Below are positions 1 to 11,269 of a stretch of 64,000 bases of DNA, piece after piece. The stretch is from positions 292,866 to 356,865 of the IMG/VR virus record IMGVR_UViG_3300027759_004177. The stretch is one strand, 5' to 3'. The notes beneath the pieces are model-generated. The model saw only the letters and a list, made by a program, of their open reading frames with translations. It was not told where the DNA came from and ran no database searches. Within the stretch, counting starts at the first letter, position 1; each line of letters opens with the position of its first letter. Made by a program: the position numbers and the translations under genes.

Positions 1-10
1 CGGATCGGTA

Positions 11-3000
11 ATGCCAGCATTTGGCGACTTCCGCGACAACTACATACTGGAACTTGAAAAGCGTATCTACAACAACATCAAGGCAGACTATACCAAAAAT
101 ATTATCAATTTATATGATATTGTTCCTGGACGCTTTAGAACAACCGAGTACACACGAGATGAGTTCGTACAAATTCTATCTCGCAACTTTTTACAATGGT
201 CCGGTACAAACAATGTGGACTATACCACCAACAGTTGGTATGATGCCAACAATTCCTGGACCTGGAACTATGAAAAGTTTACAGACACAGTAGATGACAA
301 ACCCTTGCAAGGCAGTTGGAGAGCAATTTATAACTATTGGTATGATACCGATCAACCCAATAGAGCACCATGGGAAATGTTGGGATTTGGATTTGAACCT
401 GCATGGTGGGAGACTCGGTATGGTCCAGCACCGTATACTCGAGGTAACTTTACTCTTTGGGAAGATTTAGAAGCTGGTTATGTTTGGAACAACGGAGACC
501 CCTACACTGACACTCGTTTTGCCCGTCCGGGGCTGACTGACTTTATTCCTGTAGACAGCGCCGGAAATTTATTACCACCAACTGACATCAACATAGTCAA
601 ACAATATAACCTAACTGCCGGCGGCAACAATTATGTCATTGGACAAGAAGGTCCTGTAGAAACAGCGTGGATACGCAGCAGTGACTATCCGTTTGCCGTA
701 CAAATGGCCATAGCCATGGCCAAACCTGCCAGTTATTTTGGAACACAGTATGATACATCGAGATTCTATGTCAGCGAAATCACGGGTCAATTTAGTAGTG
801 CCACCAATGAAAAAATTAACCCTGCCGATTTAAAAATCAACGGAGACACACGCACTGGGGCTGTCCAACGCACCAGTGGATACATTAACTGGATTGCTGA
901 TGTTATTAAAAACGTTGGCATAGATCCAGTTGAAAAAATTTCCAGTTATTTAGAAAATTTAAGTGTTAAGCTAAATTACAAAGTTGGCGGATTCACTGAC
1001 AAAAATATTCTAACAGTCACAGCAGAACAAACTACCCCAGGTGCCAAACGTGCTGGAGTTATCATACCTGACAGCAATTATAATGTATATCTGAATAAAT
1101 CAATACCTGTGTCTGTAGTTACCTATAGTGCAGTAATAGTGCAACGTACCAATGTTGGATATAGCGTGGTCGGATACAATACCAATGATCCATTCTTTAC
1201 AATTTTGCCCAGTGTCGCTAATAACAAAGCAGAGACAATCACGGTGGGCGATGTCAGCGCCAAACTGTATCAAGACACCACAAATCGCACAATATCAGTG
1301 CCATATGGTACAACCTACAGTAACATACAACAATTAAGTGACTTCTTGATCAGTTATGAACGATATCTCGAAAGTGTTGGATTTGTATTTGATCAATTTG
1401 ACAAAGATTTGCAAGAAGTAAAAAACTTCAGGACCAGTGTCAAAGAATTTTTATACTGGAGTCAACAGGGCTGGGAAGTAGGTACCATACTGGTGCTAAA
1501 TCCAACAACAGATCGACTGCTATTAAAAACATCCGGCACAGTGGTAGACGAAATAACCAATACACTAAACTCAGGACGCATATTGGATCAAAATTTCTTG
1601 CCTATCAAGAGTGGAAATTTTAACATTGTAAGAACTGAAAATTTTGCATTTGGCAACCAATTTGGTATAACCACACTCAACGGAACAGGTATATGTTTTG
1701 CCAGTCTAAATCTGGTTCAATTTGAACATGTGTTGGTATTTGACAACGAAAGTGACTTTGGTGACATTATCTATGTGCCATCGCAAGGAGTAAGACAGTA
1801 TCGATTAAGTTTGTCAGGAGCCAAGACCGGAGCCTGGACCGGCGCATTAAGTGCCAGTGGATACATGTACAATACTACAAATGTCAGTGGATGGACTGCT
1901 GGCACAGACTATCAAGTAGGCGACATTGTTACTTTTAATAATAACTATTATACTGCACTTGATTCTATACCAGCAACTACAAAATTCAATGTGGCAGACT
2001 GGGCACAAATTCAAGAATCTGATTTAAAAACTGGACTATTACCAAGCCTTGGTCTGTTAGCACAACAGTCAGAAAACATTTATAACGTTGATCGACCACC
2101 AGACAACGAAACATTGCAGTTATTCAGTGCAGGCTTAATTGGATTCCGTCCAAGAGACTATTTAACTGATTTGGGCATTGGTACCGCAACACAAACAAAA
2201 TTCTACCAGGGTCTTATCAAAGAAAAAGGCACATTAAATTCTATCACTGCCTTGACCAAGGGTAACTTTGACAACGTATCAGGTAACATCGCAATTTTTG
2301 AAGAGTGGGGATTCAAAGTTGGCGACTACGGCGACTTAGATGGCAATCAGTTTAAAGAATTCGTGCTAGACCAATCAGTTTTCAACACCAACCCTGTGGC
2401 ATTTACTCTGGGTAACACATACTCTGCTGGCAACATAATTGTTAATTTGCAGGCCAATGCCAATTTGACCATATCAAACGTGTACAATTCTAGCAATTTG
2501 TCCAACACCAGTACCGCAATATACAGCAACAGAGATAAAAGTTTTTACATCAACGATTTGCCTACCGCAGGATATGTGCATGTTGATGATACAGATTTAA
2601 CAATTTTTAACATCAATGAATACAATCAAAATCCTGATGTGGGTATTGGTAGTAAAATTTGGACAGCCAAAGACACCGGCAATAATTGGAACGTATATCG
2701 TGTAACAGAAACCGACATTTCTGCCACAACACTGACCTATGTTTTAGATGATTATGCACAGTTATTGTTCACAGACAAACACTCATTCCAGGTTGGAGAT
2801 CTATTAGTATTAAAAGGATTCCAGGTCGCCTATTTTGATAACTCTATTTTAGAAAATTTCAGTACCAACTATGATAACATTTATAAAATAGTTGATGTTG
2901 TTAATCAATTAACAGTTACAGTACAACTAAAAGACATCGCCGCATTGTCCAACTTGATTGCGACCAGCCCAGTCGTCAGCGAAGCGGCAGTTTATAAATT

Positions 3001-6000
3001 AGTATCGTCTAAAGTGCCAACTGTGACAGCGATTGACGGTCTTTTACCATTGCACGGATGGATTGATAACGACAGGATCTGGGTTGACACAGCTACCACT
3101 GATGCAGGATGGGGAGTCTATACGTTCAATCAGGCCTGGCCCAACACAGCCTCGGGTAATTTGACAGCCAATACAGTGACAGCCAATGATAGATTTGGTA
3201 GCCAAGTGACTATCAGCACCACCGGCAAATATTTTTATTCTAGTAATCCTGCACAAAAACAAGTGCAAGTGTTTGCTAATGTTGCTGGCAACTATAGTGC
3301 TAACATTACAATCTCCAACTCCGAAGCAAAATTTGGAAGCGTGTTAGAATCTCAAGGTAACTTGCTAGCCGTGGCTGCTGCAGGTAATGTTTATGTGTAT
3401 AGACAAAACGACAGCACCACCGCCAACACCATGGCCATTCCGTGGGTACCCAACGCTTTCCCAACACTGGGAACAGCCTGGACAGCCAATACTGTAATTG
3501 CTATCAACACCCAAATTAGCAACGGATCAAACACCTATATAACAACAGGCAATGTGTATGGTGCCACGTTTGCCAATATTATATCAAATACACGGGCAGT
3601 AAGTTTTATTCCTGTTAATTCCATTATTTCTTATCAGAGTAATATCTATGTTACCACTGCCAACGTTTGTCCGGCCAACGTATTTTTACCAACCACAGCA
3701 GAAAAATTTGCTGCAATTACTTCTAATATTCAATTGATCAACGTCTTGGCTGGTAATGTTCAATTGTTGCAGACCATTACCACAGGCAACATGTCCGGTA
3801 ATATTTCTAGTGTGTCAATGAGTGCAGACATGAAACAGATATACATTGGCGGAAACGATCGTGTTGAAGCCTATACTACTACCAATGGCGCCTGGGCCAA
3901 CATCAAATATACCTGGGCCAATGCTGTTACAGGCGTTGGTGCGTTTGGCAATGTGGTCAAAACCAATACCAATGGTACTCGTTTATTAATTGGTGCGCCA
4001 AATGCCACAAACACATATGATCAAAATGGTAATGTGTATTATTACACAGTTAACCTAACAACCAATGCTATCGCATTGACACAGACACTGAGTAGCGAAT
4101 ATAAGAATCAAGGCGCACAGTTTGGATACCAAATTGGAACAGACAGCACGGCCGCTAATGTGTTTATTGGTGCTCCTGGGTCACTGGGCACTGATAAGTT
4201 CTATGGCGTAGTAGAACATTGGACACATGACGGAAATGTTTATGTTCGTGCTGGAAATGTGTCTCGACCAAGAGACCAATCGGGTGCATTTGGCACCACT
4301 GTCAGCGTCAGTTCAGATGCAAAATTTGTGGCGGTAGGTAGCCGTGGTAGCGCCAGCGAAGAAACAACTGTGTTTGACAATTCCGACACAGTGATCGACA
4401 ACAATTCTACAAAATTTATTGATTCTATTGTGGCCAGTGGTAGTGTTTACGTATTTGAGTCATTGATGAATCAGTCCAATATCGCTGATGTTGTGTATTC
4501 GTTTACACAAGAATTAGAAACCGGCAGATATGCACAATTGGAAAGTGGCGACAACTTTGGAGCTGCTGTTGCGGTTGCTCCGGGATTGTTATTGGCCAGT
4601 GCACCTGAATCAGATTTGGCATCGGGCGTAGTGTATACATTTAACAATTTAACAAATACACCGTCTTGGCAGTTGACAAGAAGTCAATTGCCTCAAGTTG
4701 ACATTGACAGCATTAACAGATCATTTATATACAACAAATCAAATAATAATTTAATTGCACCATTGGACATTGTTGATCCGGCCAAAGGTAAAATTTTAGG
4801 CGGTGTGGCCAGCGACATTGATTATCGATTGGATCATGATCCTGCCACGTACAATGCTGGCACACAAAACACATATCAAGATTACCATTGGGGGCCTGCA
4901 CAAGTTGGTCGCATATGGTGGAATCTTGACAACCTACGATATACAAATTACGAACAAGATTCTTTGATTTATAGATTAAATCACTGGGGCGATCGTTTTC
5001 CTGAAAGTAAAGTAGAAATTTACGAATGGATAGAAAGTTCTGTATTACCTAGCGAATTTGTTGCCGGCGGAGAATCTGGCGTACCCTTATACGCAGACGA
5101 CTCAGCTTACAGCACATATGGATACGTAGATCAGTCTGGTGCAGTACGTGTCAAGTATTACTTTTGGGTAGCTCTTAGAGATCAAGCCAACACTCGTGCT
5201 GGCAAACAAAACAGCGTTGTTGCTATTACCGCAGCAATTGAAAATCCACAAAATCAAAATATACCGTACGCTACAGTTTTGCGTAACGACACAATAGCTT
5301 TATATAATGTTAAAAATCTATTGGTAGGAAAAAACAGCGTCCTGCATCTAGGAAGTCAAAGCAATCAGGCTGGATTAATACACAGCGAATATGCACTGGT
5401 GCAAGAAAATAGTCCCAGTAGCCAACTACCACAGTCTATTATTAATAAAGCATTTGATAGTCTATGCGAAGAAGATATCGAAGGAAATCCTGTTCCTGAT
5501 CCTAGCTTACCGGCTAGCCAGCGTTATGGTATCAGCATACGTCCTAGACAGACCATGTTTGTTGATCTGTATGCTGCACTAGCAAACGTTACAACTTTGG
5601 TCAATACAAAATTATATTATTATCCGGTTACCCAGCGTAAAGTATTAACTTTACTCAACAGTGAAGAAGCCCCACCAAGCTCACGCACCGGACAATATGA
5701 TTTAACTGTTGATACCAAACTTGAATTGTCTTACATTACTACCAATGGCCTGGCCGTTGGATATAAAGTTTTGGTGCTCAATGATCCAACCTATCTCACC
5801 AAGTGGGCAATATACAATTGGTCGGGCACAGCCTGGGCAGTACCTGCTGCCGGTACACGTCCACTGGGAAATGGATTGTATGGCAACTGGGTGCAATCAT
5901 ACAAGACCAGTCTTTATTGGAATTACATTGATTGGTATTCGGCCGATTTTGATCCCACCACAACAATCAATATCACTGTGGCAGACAACTTAGAATTTGG

Positions 6001-9000
6001 AAAACTAACTCTACAAGCAGATACCTATATCAAGGTTCTCAATGCCGGCAATGACAAATTTGCTATCTACTACATTGATCAAAACTTAAATCGTGTTACT
6101 GTGGGATTAGAGTCTGGCACTATTCAATTACCTGCAGCTGAAGCATTTATTCCCGGAAAAGAGTTCCGTAAAATTTTACAAAGCCTACAAACTGAAATAT
6201 TCATTGACGACTTGGCCGCAGATTTTAATGAATTATTTTTTACTTTGATCAAGTATGCGTTAGTAGAACAAAAAAATCTTGATTGGGTATTTAAAACCAG
6301 TTTTATCAGTGCCACGCAATACATTCGTAAACTTGAACAATTTGCCAGCTACATCACCGATAACCAAGACTTTTATCAAAGTTACATCAACGAAGTTAAA
6401 CCATACCGCACAATCCTGCGTGAGTTCAACATCAACTATCAACGAGACGACGAATTTGGCGGCGACATAACTGACTTTGATTTAGCACCATATTGGGACA
6501 GCAACATCAATGTGTATCGTAGTCCCAGCGGCGAACAGAGTTATGACGCAGGATTATTAAACAACCGTGTTTATTACGACTGGAAAAACAATTATGCCTA
6601 TGGCGTAGTTGACATCGTGGTTGGCGCAGGCGGCACTGGGTATGTGACAGCTCCACAGATCATTATATCAGGCGGTGGAGGCACTGGTGCCAATGCTGTG
6701 GCACAAATAAACGGGCTTGGCGAACTGGCCAACGTCACCGTTGTCAATGCCGGCACCGGTTACACCAGCAGTCCCTCAGTTATTATCAACGGCACCGGTA
6801 CAGGTGCAGTGGCCACCGCTGTATTACGCAATGTGTTTGACGGCGACGATCAAGGACACAATGTGGTTCGCAGTATTAAAACCAGTATTAAATTTGATAG
6901 ATTGACCTATGATATCAAGCGACCCGCACAATGGGCAAACACCATTGCAGAATCAACTGGATTAACCAACACCAACGCAGCAGTTATGTGGGATGAAGTT
7001 ACAGCAGGTCAGGTGATAGCTGCAAATACCGTTATAAATCTTGGCGGTGACTTATACCAACTATCAACTGTGCCGCACACAGTCAGTGCCAACGTTGATT
7101 TCCCGCTGGCCAACGTATCGTCAATCAATGCTGGAATATTGCCAACAGCCAACGATCGTATTGTGGCCTACAACGGAAACATTGACCTAAGAGCCAGTGC
7201 TGAAGGAATGGATTACCCGGGTGTCATAGTTGATGGCAGCACATACTTTGCATATGATACCGTCACCGAATGGACAGCAAACACTGACGTTGCCACAGAC
7301 ACACAAATTTCATACAACGGAAATGTTTACATTGTGACAGGAAATGTGTATGCCGGATATTTCGCCAACATTGTAGCCAATGTCACACAGGTCAGTGGAG
7401 AAAAAATTGACGCCATAATCCAAAGTAGATTTGCTGACAATCTAGGTTTAGACTCTGGTAACATTTATGTGGATGGCGGCGAGTATGTTGATAGATTCAG
7501 CAGCCATGCTCCAGAAGAGCTAGTTCCTGGACACATGTTTGACAGCCTAAATCTAAAAGTATTTTCAAATACAGCACCTGCAACCAATGAATATGCATTT
7601 AGATTGTTTGACAACATGAGTGAAGATCACGCTTTTTATAGAATCAGTGATGCATACACAACCACGCTGTCTAGAGATTTGCTAATTGCCGATGACAAGA
7701 TATTTGTAACTGATGGTACACGTTTACCAAACCCCAATAGAGATGCAGGCATTCCCGGTGTGGTTTTTGTCAATGGTGAAAAAATTAGCTACTATAGAAA
7801 CTATGCTCAAGAAACAATAACCGCCTGGACAGCAAATGCCACGATCCCAACAGATACCTTAACATCATTCAACGGAAATGTTTATCTAACACTGGGTAAT
7901 GTGTACGCACCAAATACTCCTTGGACGGCAAACACAACCTTTGCTGCCAATAGTTATGTGTACTTCAGCGGTAACAGTTATCGGATTACCGGAAATGTTA
8001 ACGCACCATACTTTGCCAACATTAGTGCCAATACTGCATTGATATATAACAATGAAAATTCAGGATTTGCCACGATAAGTTCTAATGTTGCATTGATTGC
8101 CAATACCGCCAATGTACTAGGGCAGATACGTCGAGCCACCGACGGAACTGCACCCAACGGTCTAAACACTACACCGTGGACCACTAACATAGTACTACCT
8201 ACCGGTACATATATCACATACAATAGCAACACTTATGTGACCACTGGAAATGTTTACGGATTTAATATACCGTGGAGATCCAATATTGTGTTGGCTGCAA
8301 ACACCTATTTCTTTTATGGATCCAATGTGTATCAGGTGTCCAGTAATGTTGGCGCCAATGTATACGGTGTTAGTTTTGCCAACATCAGTGCAAATGCAAA
8401 TGTAAAATACACCGGACGCATAGACTCGGGGTATGCGAGTATAGAATCTAATGTTCGATTGTTGTACACAGGCACAAATAACATACGACATCTTGCTAAC
8501 ACTAGAGTAGTAGACGCCAGTGAACAACAGGTTATACCGGATATTGTGGTCAGTAATACCAATATAGTTGCAACTACAGCAGTTAATACAACATCCAATG
8601 TCTCATTGAGATTGCGACTAAACGGTAATATCACTGCCAACATTGGCGATTATATTTTAACAAATATTGCCAATTTACGCTTGTTAGAAACAGTGACAAC
8701 TGCATCAAACATAGCAGTATTGCCACACACAGGAAATATTTTTGCAGGTAATGCTAATGCAATTTCCGTCGTTAGCAGAATTACAGGAAATGCATCAGCT
8801 ACCACAGCCCGAGTGATGTATGCCAATGTGTTAGGACAAGTAAGCAGCGTTGGTAATGTGACTGTGTCAGCCAACACTTATGTAACACGTAGTAATATTT
8901 GGTACGGAAATGTTACAAATGCGTTCTATGGCAACACCCTTGCCAACAGCACTACTGCCCAAGGCACATTCTTGATGGCATCACCAGGATACATACCATG

Positions 9001-9001
9001 A
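11..9001 (+). CDS. Very large virion structural protein (baseplate wedge/hub-like), 5'-truncated by the window
   Basis: 2996-aa ORF whose frame is open to the window edge (gga tcg gta atg). It contains FG-GAP-like propeller repeats (RFGSQV, QFGYQI, AFGTTV, NFGAAV; ~3190-4640), a GxGYxxxPxxxIxGGGGxGA repeat typical of myovirus structural proteins (~6614-6820) and several W-T-A-N-T aromatic modules. It lies directly upstream of the baseplate and fibre genes. Confidence 0.75.
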   Translation: MPAFGDFRDNYILELEKRIYNNIKADYTKNIINLYDIVPGRFRTTEYTRDEFVQILSRNFLQWSGTNNVDYTTNSWYDANNSWTWNYEKFTDTVDDKPLQGSWRAIYNYWYDTDQPNRAPWEMLGFGFEPAWWETRYGPAPYTRGNFTLWEDLEAGYVWNNGDPYTDTRFARPGLTDFIPVDSAGNLLPPTDINIVKQYNLTAGGNNYVIGQEGPVETAWIRSSDYPFAVQMAIAMAKPASYFGTQYDTSRFYVSEITGQFSSATNEKINPADLKINGDTRTGAVQRTSGYINWIADVIKNVGIDPVEKISSYLENLSVKLNYKVGGFTDKNILTVTAEQTTPGAKRAGVIIPDSNYNVYLNKSIPVSVVTYSAVIVQRTNVGYSVVGYNTNDPFFTILPSVANNKAETITVGDVSAKLYQDTTNRTISVPYGTTYSNIQQLSDFLISYERYLESVGFVFDQFDKDLQEVKNFRTSVKEFLYWSQQGWEVGTILVLNPTTDRLLLKTSGTVVDEITNTLNSGRILDQNFLPIKSGNFNIVRTENFAFGNQFGITTLNGTGICFASLNLVQFEHVLVFDNESDFGDIIYVPSQGVRQYRLSLSGAKTGAWTGALSASGYMYNTTNVSGWTAGTDYQVGDIVTFNNNYYTALDSIPATTKFNVADWAQIQESDLKTGLLPSLGLLAQQSENIYNVDRPPDNETLQLFSAGLIGFRPRDYLTDLGIGTATQTKFYQGLIKEKGTLNSITALTKGNFDNVSGNIAIFEEWGFKVGDYGDLDGNQFKEFVLDQSVFNTNPVAFTLGNTYSAGNIIVNLQANANLTISNVYNSSNLSNTSTAIYSNRDKSFYINDLPTAGYVHVDDTDLTIFNINEYNQNPDVGIGSKIWTAKDTGNNWNVYRVTETDISATTLTYVLDDYAQLLFTDKHSFQVGDLLVLKGFQVAYFDNSILENFSTNYDNIYKIVDVVNQLTVTVQLKDIAALSNLIATSPVVSEAAVYKLVSSKVPTVTAIDGLLPLHGWIDNDRIWVDTATTDAGWGVYTFNQAWPNTASGNLTANTVTANDRFGSQVTISTTGKYFYSSNPAQKQVQVFANVAGNYSANITISNSEAKFGSVLESQGNLLAVAAAGNVYVYRQNDSTTANTMAIPWVPNAFPTLGTAWTANTVIAINTQISNGSNTYITTGNVYGATFANIISNTRAVSFIPVNSIISYQSNIYVTTANVCPANVFLPTTAEKFAAITSNIQLINVLAGNVQLLQTITTGNMSGNISSVSMSADMKQIYIGGNDRVEAYTTTNGAWANIKYTWANAVTGVGAFGNVVKTNTNGTRLLIGAPNATNTYDQNGNVYYYTVNLTTNAIALTQTLSSEYKNQGAQFGYQIGTDSTAANVFIGAPGSLGTDKFYGVVEHWTHDGNVYVRAGNVSRPRDQSGAFGTTVSVSSDAKFVAVGSRGSASEETTVFDNSDTVIDNNSTKFIDSIVASGSVYVFESLMNQSNIADVVYSFTQELETGRYAQLESGDNFGAAVAVAPGLLLASAPESDLASGVVYTFNNLTNTPSWQLTRSQLPQVDIDSINRSFIYNKSNNNLIAPLDIVDPAKGKILGGVASDIDYRLDHDPATYNAGTQNTYQDYHWGPAQVGRIWWNLDNLRYTNYEQDSLIYRLNHWGDRFPESKVEIYEWIESSVLPSEFVAGGESGVPLYADDSAYSTYGYVDQSGAVRVKYYFWVALRDQANTRAGKQNSVVAITAAIENPQNQNIPYATVLRNDTIALYNVKNLLVGKNSVLHLGSQSNQAGLIHSEYALVQENSPSSQLPQSIINKAFDSLCEEDIEGNPVPDPSLPASQRYGISIRPRQTMFVDLYAALANVTTLVNTKLYYYPVTQRKVLTLLNSEEAPPSSRTGQYDLTVDTKLELSYITTNGLAVGYKVLVLNDPTYLTKWAIYNWSGTAWAVPAAGTRPLGNGLYGNWVQSYKTSLYWNYIDWYSADFDPTTTINITVADNLEFGKLTLQADTYIKVLNAGNDKFAIYYIDQNLNRVTVGLESGTIQLPAAEAFIPGKEFRKILQSLQTEIFIDDLAADFNELFFTLIKYALVEQKNLDWVFKTSFISATQYIRKLEQFASYITDNQDFYQSYINEVKPYRTILREFNINYQRDDEFGGDITDFDLAPYWDSNINVYRSPSGEQSYDAGLLNNRVYYDWKNNYAYGVVDIVVGAGGTGYVTAPQIIISGGGGTGANAVAQINGLGELANVTVVNAGTGYTSSPSVIINGTGTGAVATAVLRNVFDGDDQGHNVVRSIKTSIKFDRLTYDIKRPAQWANTIAESTGLTNTNAAVMWDEVTAGQVIAANTVINLGGDLYQLSTVPHTVSANVDFPLANVSSINAGILPTANDRIVAYNGNIDLRASAEGMDYPGVIVDGSTYFAYDTVTEWTANTDVATDTQISYNGNVYIVTGNVYAGYFANIVANVTQVSGEKIDAIIQSRFADNLGLDSGNIYVDGGEYVDRFSSHAPEELVPGHMFDSLNLKVFSNTAPATNEYAFRLFDNMSEDHAFYRISDAYTTTLSRDLLIADDKIFVTDGTRLPNPNRDAGIPGVVFVNGEKISYYRNYAQETITAWTANATIPTDTLTSFNGNVYLTLGNVYAPNTPWTANTTFAANSYVYFSGNSYRITGNVNAPYFANISANTALIYNNENSGFATISSNVALIANTANVLGQIRRATDGTAPNGLNTTPWTTNIVLPTGTYITYNSNTYVTTGNVYGFNIPWRSNIVLAANTYFFYGSNVYQVSSNVGANVYGVSFANISANANVKYTGRIDSGYASIESNVRLLYTGTNNIRHLANTRVVDASEQQVIPDIVVSNTNIVATTAVNTTSNVSLRLRLNGNITANIGDYILTNIANLRLLETVTTASNIAVLPHTGNIFAGNANAISVVSRITGNASATTARVMYANVLGQVSSVGNVTVSANTYVTRSNIWYGNVTNAFYGNTLANSTTAQGTFLMASPGYIP

Positions 9002-9684
9002 TAAATACTGATAACAAACAAAATTTAGAGGAAACAGCAGTGGAAAATACACCAAAACAGCCCGACGATACGTCCGGAATTTATGTTCGTGGACATATCA
9101 AGATATTTGATCCGGAATCTGGCGAAGTCTACATTGACAAGTCCAACGCTATTCACTACGAAAACTTCAGTCGTGCATTGGCCAGTAGTGTTGCCAACAA
9201 AGGACAGAATTTTATCTATGAAATGGTGCTAGGTAATGGCGGAACAAGTGTTGACACCACCGGTATCATCACATATCTTCCTACAAATACTTTGGGACAA
9301 AGCTCAAACTTGTACAATCCCACATTTAGTAAAATAGTAGACAACACCGCGGTTGCAAATTTGGACCCAGTCAATAACAAAATGACTGTAGCACACATTC
9401 CTGGTACAATTTATACAGACATTCTAGTTACTTGTTTGCTAGACTACGGCGAGCCAAGTGGTCAAGCCCTGTTTGACAACAGTCAAAACTTAAACAGCGA
9501 ATATGTGTTTGATGAATTAGGCCTGCGTGGTCGCAGTATAGATGGAACCACTGGGTTAACTTCAACTGGGTTGTTACTGACACACGTGGTATTTCATCCT
9601 GTACAAAAATCGTTAAACAGATTAATTCAAATAGACTATACTGTGCGTATTCAAACCCTAACTAACCTTAGCTCGATAGGATAA
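8998..9684 (+). CDS. Baseplate/virion structural protein
   Basis: ATG at 8998 overlaps the upstream stop (ATGA). An alternative GTG start at 9040 has SD GAGGA and follows a GATAAATA box. Motifs LLDYGEPSGQ, FDELGL and HPVQKSLNR; position between the giant structural gene and the fibre genes. The track start at 8899 is probably too long. Confidence 0.65.
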   Translation: MINTDNKQNLEETAVENTPKQPDDTSGIYVRGHIKIFDPESGEVYIDKSNAIHYENFSRALASSVANKGQNFIYEMVLGNGGTSVDTTGIITYLPTNTLGQSSNLYNPTFSKIVDNTAVANLDPVNNKMTVAHIPGTIYTDILVTCLLDYGEPSGQALFDNSQNLNSEYVFDELGLRGRSIDGTTGLTSTGLLLTHVVFHPVQKSLNRLIQIDYTVRIQTLTNLSSIG

Positions 9685-9688
9685 TGCC

Positions 9689-11266
9689 ATGAGTTATATT
9701 GTTAACAAAACAGATGGATCAGTACTAACAACCTTACTGGATGGTACTACCAACACCGAAACTGGATTAACTCTAATTGGTCGCAACTACACCAGCTACG
9801 GCGAAATTCAAAATGAAAATTTCATCAGATTGTTGGAAAATTTTGCCAGTACTTTGCCACCTGGACAAAGCGTAGGCTTTGCCCCAATTGCTGGACAGCT
9901 TTGGTGGGACACCACAAATCAACGACTCCGTGTTTATAACGGATCAGAGTTTATTAACGTCAGCGAGCGAACAGTTGGAGCAACAGCACCTAGTGTAGTT
10001 AAAACAGGCGACCAATGGTGGGATACCGCAGACCAACAACTAAAACTTTATAACGGCACCGCATGGATTGTGATAAATCCTCCATACTCTGCCACACAAG
10101 GTAAGAGTGGATCCTTGGTTGAAACAGTATCAGATACCAGTCTAATTTCTCATACTGTGGTCAACACCTACACCAACAATCGTTTAATTGCTGTATCCAG
10201 CTACGATCCGTCATTCCAGACTGGTGCATACAGTCAATTTAGTTTTATCAATCCTGGCATTACCCTGGCATCCAATGTGATGATACATGGTAATGTGACA
10301 AACAGTTTACAACTGGGTGGAACCTATGCCAATGCATTTCCACGCACCACTGCAAGAACAAATTTTTTATCAGATCTTGGAGTTGCAGGCAACTTGGTAA
10401 TTGGCAATGCCAACGTTTCGTACAGTAGCAATGCATTTGTAGTGACCAATTCTGTACTTGGTGGCAACGTTGACATTTACGTCAACACCACACTAGGTAA
10501 TACTCGTGCAGTTAGAATTAATGGCACCACTGGCATGATCACTGTGTCTGCCAATCCAACCAACAATTTGGGTGTAGTGACCAAAACATACGCCGATGAT
10601 ATTCAATTGGCACTGAACACTAGCCTTGTGGCCAACATAGCCAATGTCAATGCCAGTGTTGCTCAGTTACGTAGCGACTCATTTACGGCATTGACCACCA
10701 ACGTCAGCATACTAACATCTGCTACCAATCAATTGCGTACAGATACCAATGCCAATGTTGCGGCCTTGGACACAGCATTCAAAGCCAATGTGTCCTCTAT
10801 AGATTCTAACTTGGCCAACAAGACCACACGTATCGCAAGTCTTGAAAGTGACATAGTTCTCAAGTCTACCATTGCCAGTCCTGCATTTACAGGTACACCA
10901 ACTGCTACAACACCAACAGCCAGTGATAACAGTACACGTATTGCAACCACAGCCTATGTGGATGCAGCCGATCTAATTGGTACCAACTATACCAATACCG
11001 TAGTCAATGCTCTAGCAATCACAACAGCAGCAAATTTAGCTGTTGGCTTATCCAGTAAATCTAATATTGTCAGTCCATCATTTTCTGGAAACGCAACATC
11101 AGAGACCCCGGTATCAACAGATAATAGTACAAAGATTGCAACCACAGCATTTGTTCGTGGTGCCATTACTGGCAATTTAACTCGTTGGCAAGGCAGTCGC
11201 TATACTGTAAGTACCAGCGGTCCCACTGGCGGAGATGATGGAGATTTTTGGTTCCAGATCGGCTAG
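9689..11266 (+). CDS. Tail fibre-like protein 1
   Basis: N-terminus (YIVNKTDG...YGEIQNENFIRLLENFAS...GQLWWD) is shared with ORFs 12658 and 14657. It has a central coiled-coil-like stretch, two SPxFTGxPTAxTPxxxDNSTxIATTA repeats and a C-terminal GPTGGDDGDFWFQI motif. Confidence 0.75.
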   Translation: MSYIVNKTDGSVLTTLLDGTTNTETGLTLIGRNYTSYGEIQNENFIRLLENFASTLPPGQSVGFAPIAGQLWWDTTNQRLRVYNGSEFINVSERTVGATAPSVVKTGDQWWDTADQQLKLYNGTAWIVINPPYSATQGKSGSLVETVSDTSLISHTVVNTYTNNRLIAVSSYDPSFQTGAYSQFSFINPGITLASNVMIHGNVTNSLQLGGTYANAFPRTTARTNFLSDLGVAGNLVIGNANVSYSSNAFVVTNSVLGGNVDIYVNTTLGNTRAVRINGTTGMITVSANPTNNLGVVTKTYADDIQLALNTSLVANIANVNASVAQLRSDSFTALTTNVSILTSATNQLRTDTNANVAALDTAFKANVSSIDSNLANKTTRIASLESDIVLKSTIASPAFTGTPTATTPTASDNSTRIATTAYVDAADLIGTNYTNTVVNALAITTAANLAVGLSSKSNIVSPSFSGNATSETPVSTDNSTKIATTAFVRGAITGNLTRWQGSRYTVSTSGPTGGDDGDFWFQIG

Positions 11267-11269
11267 ACT

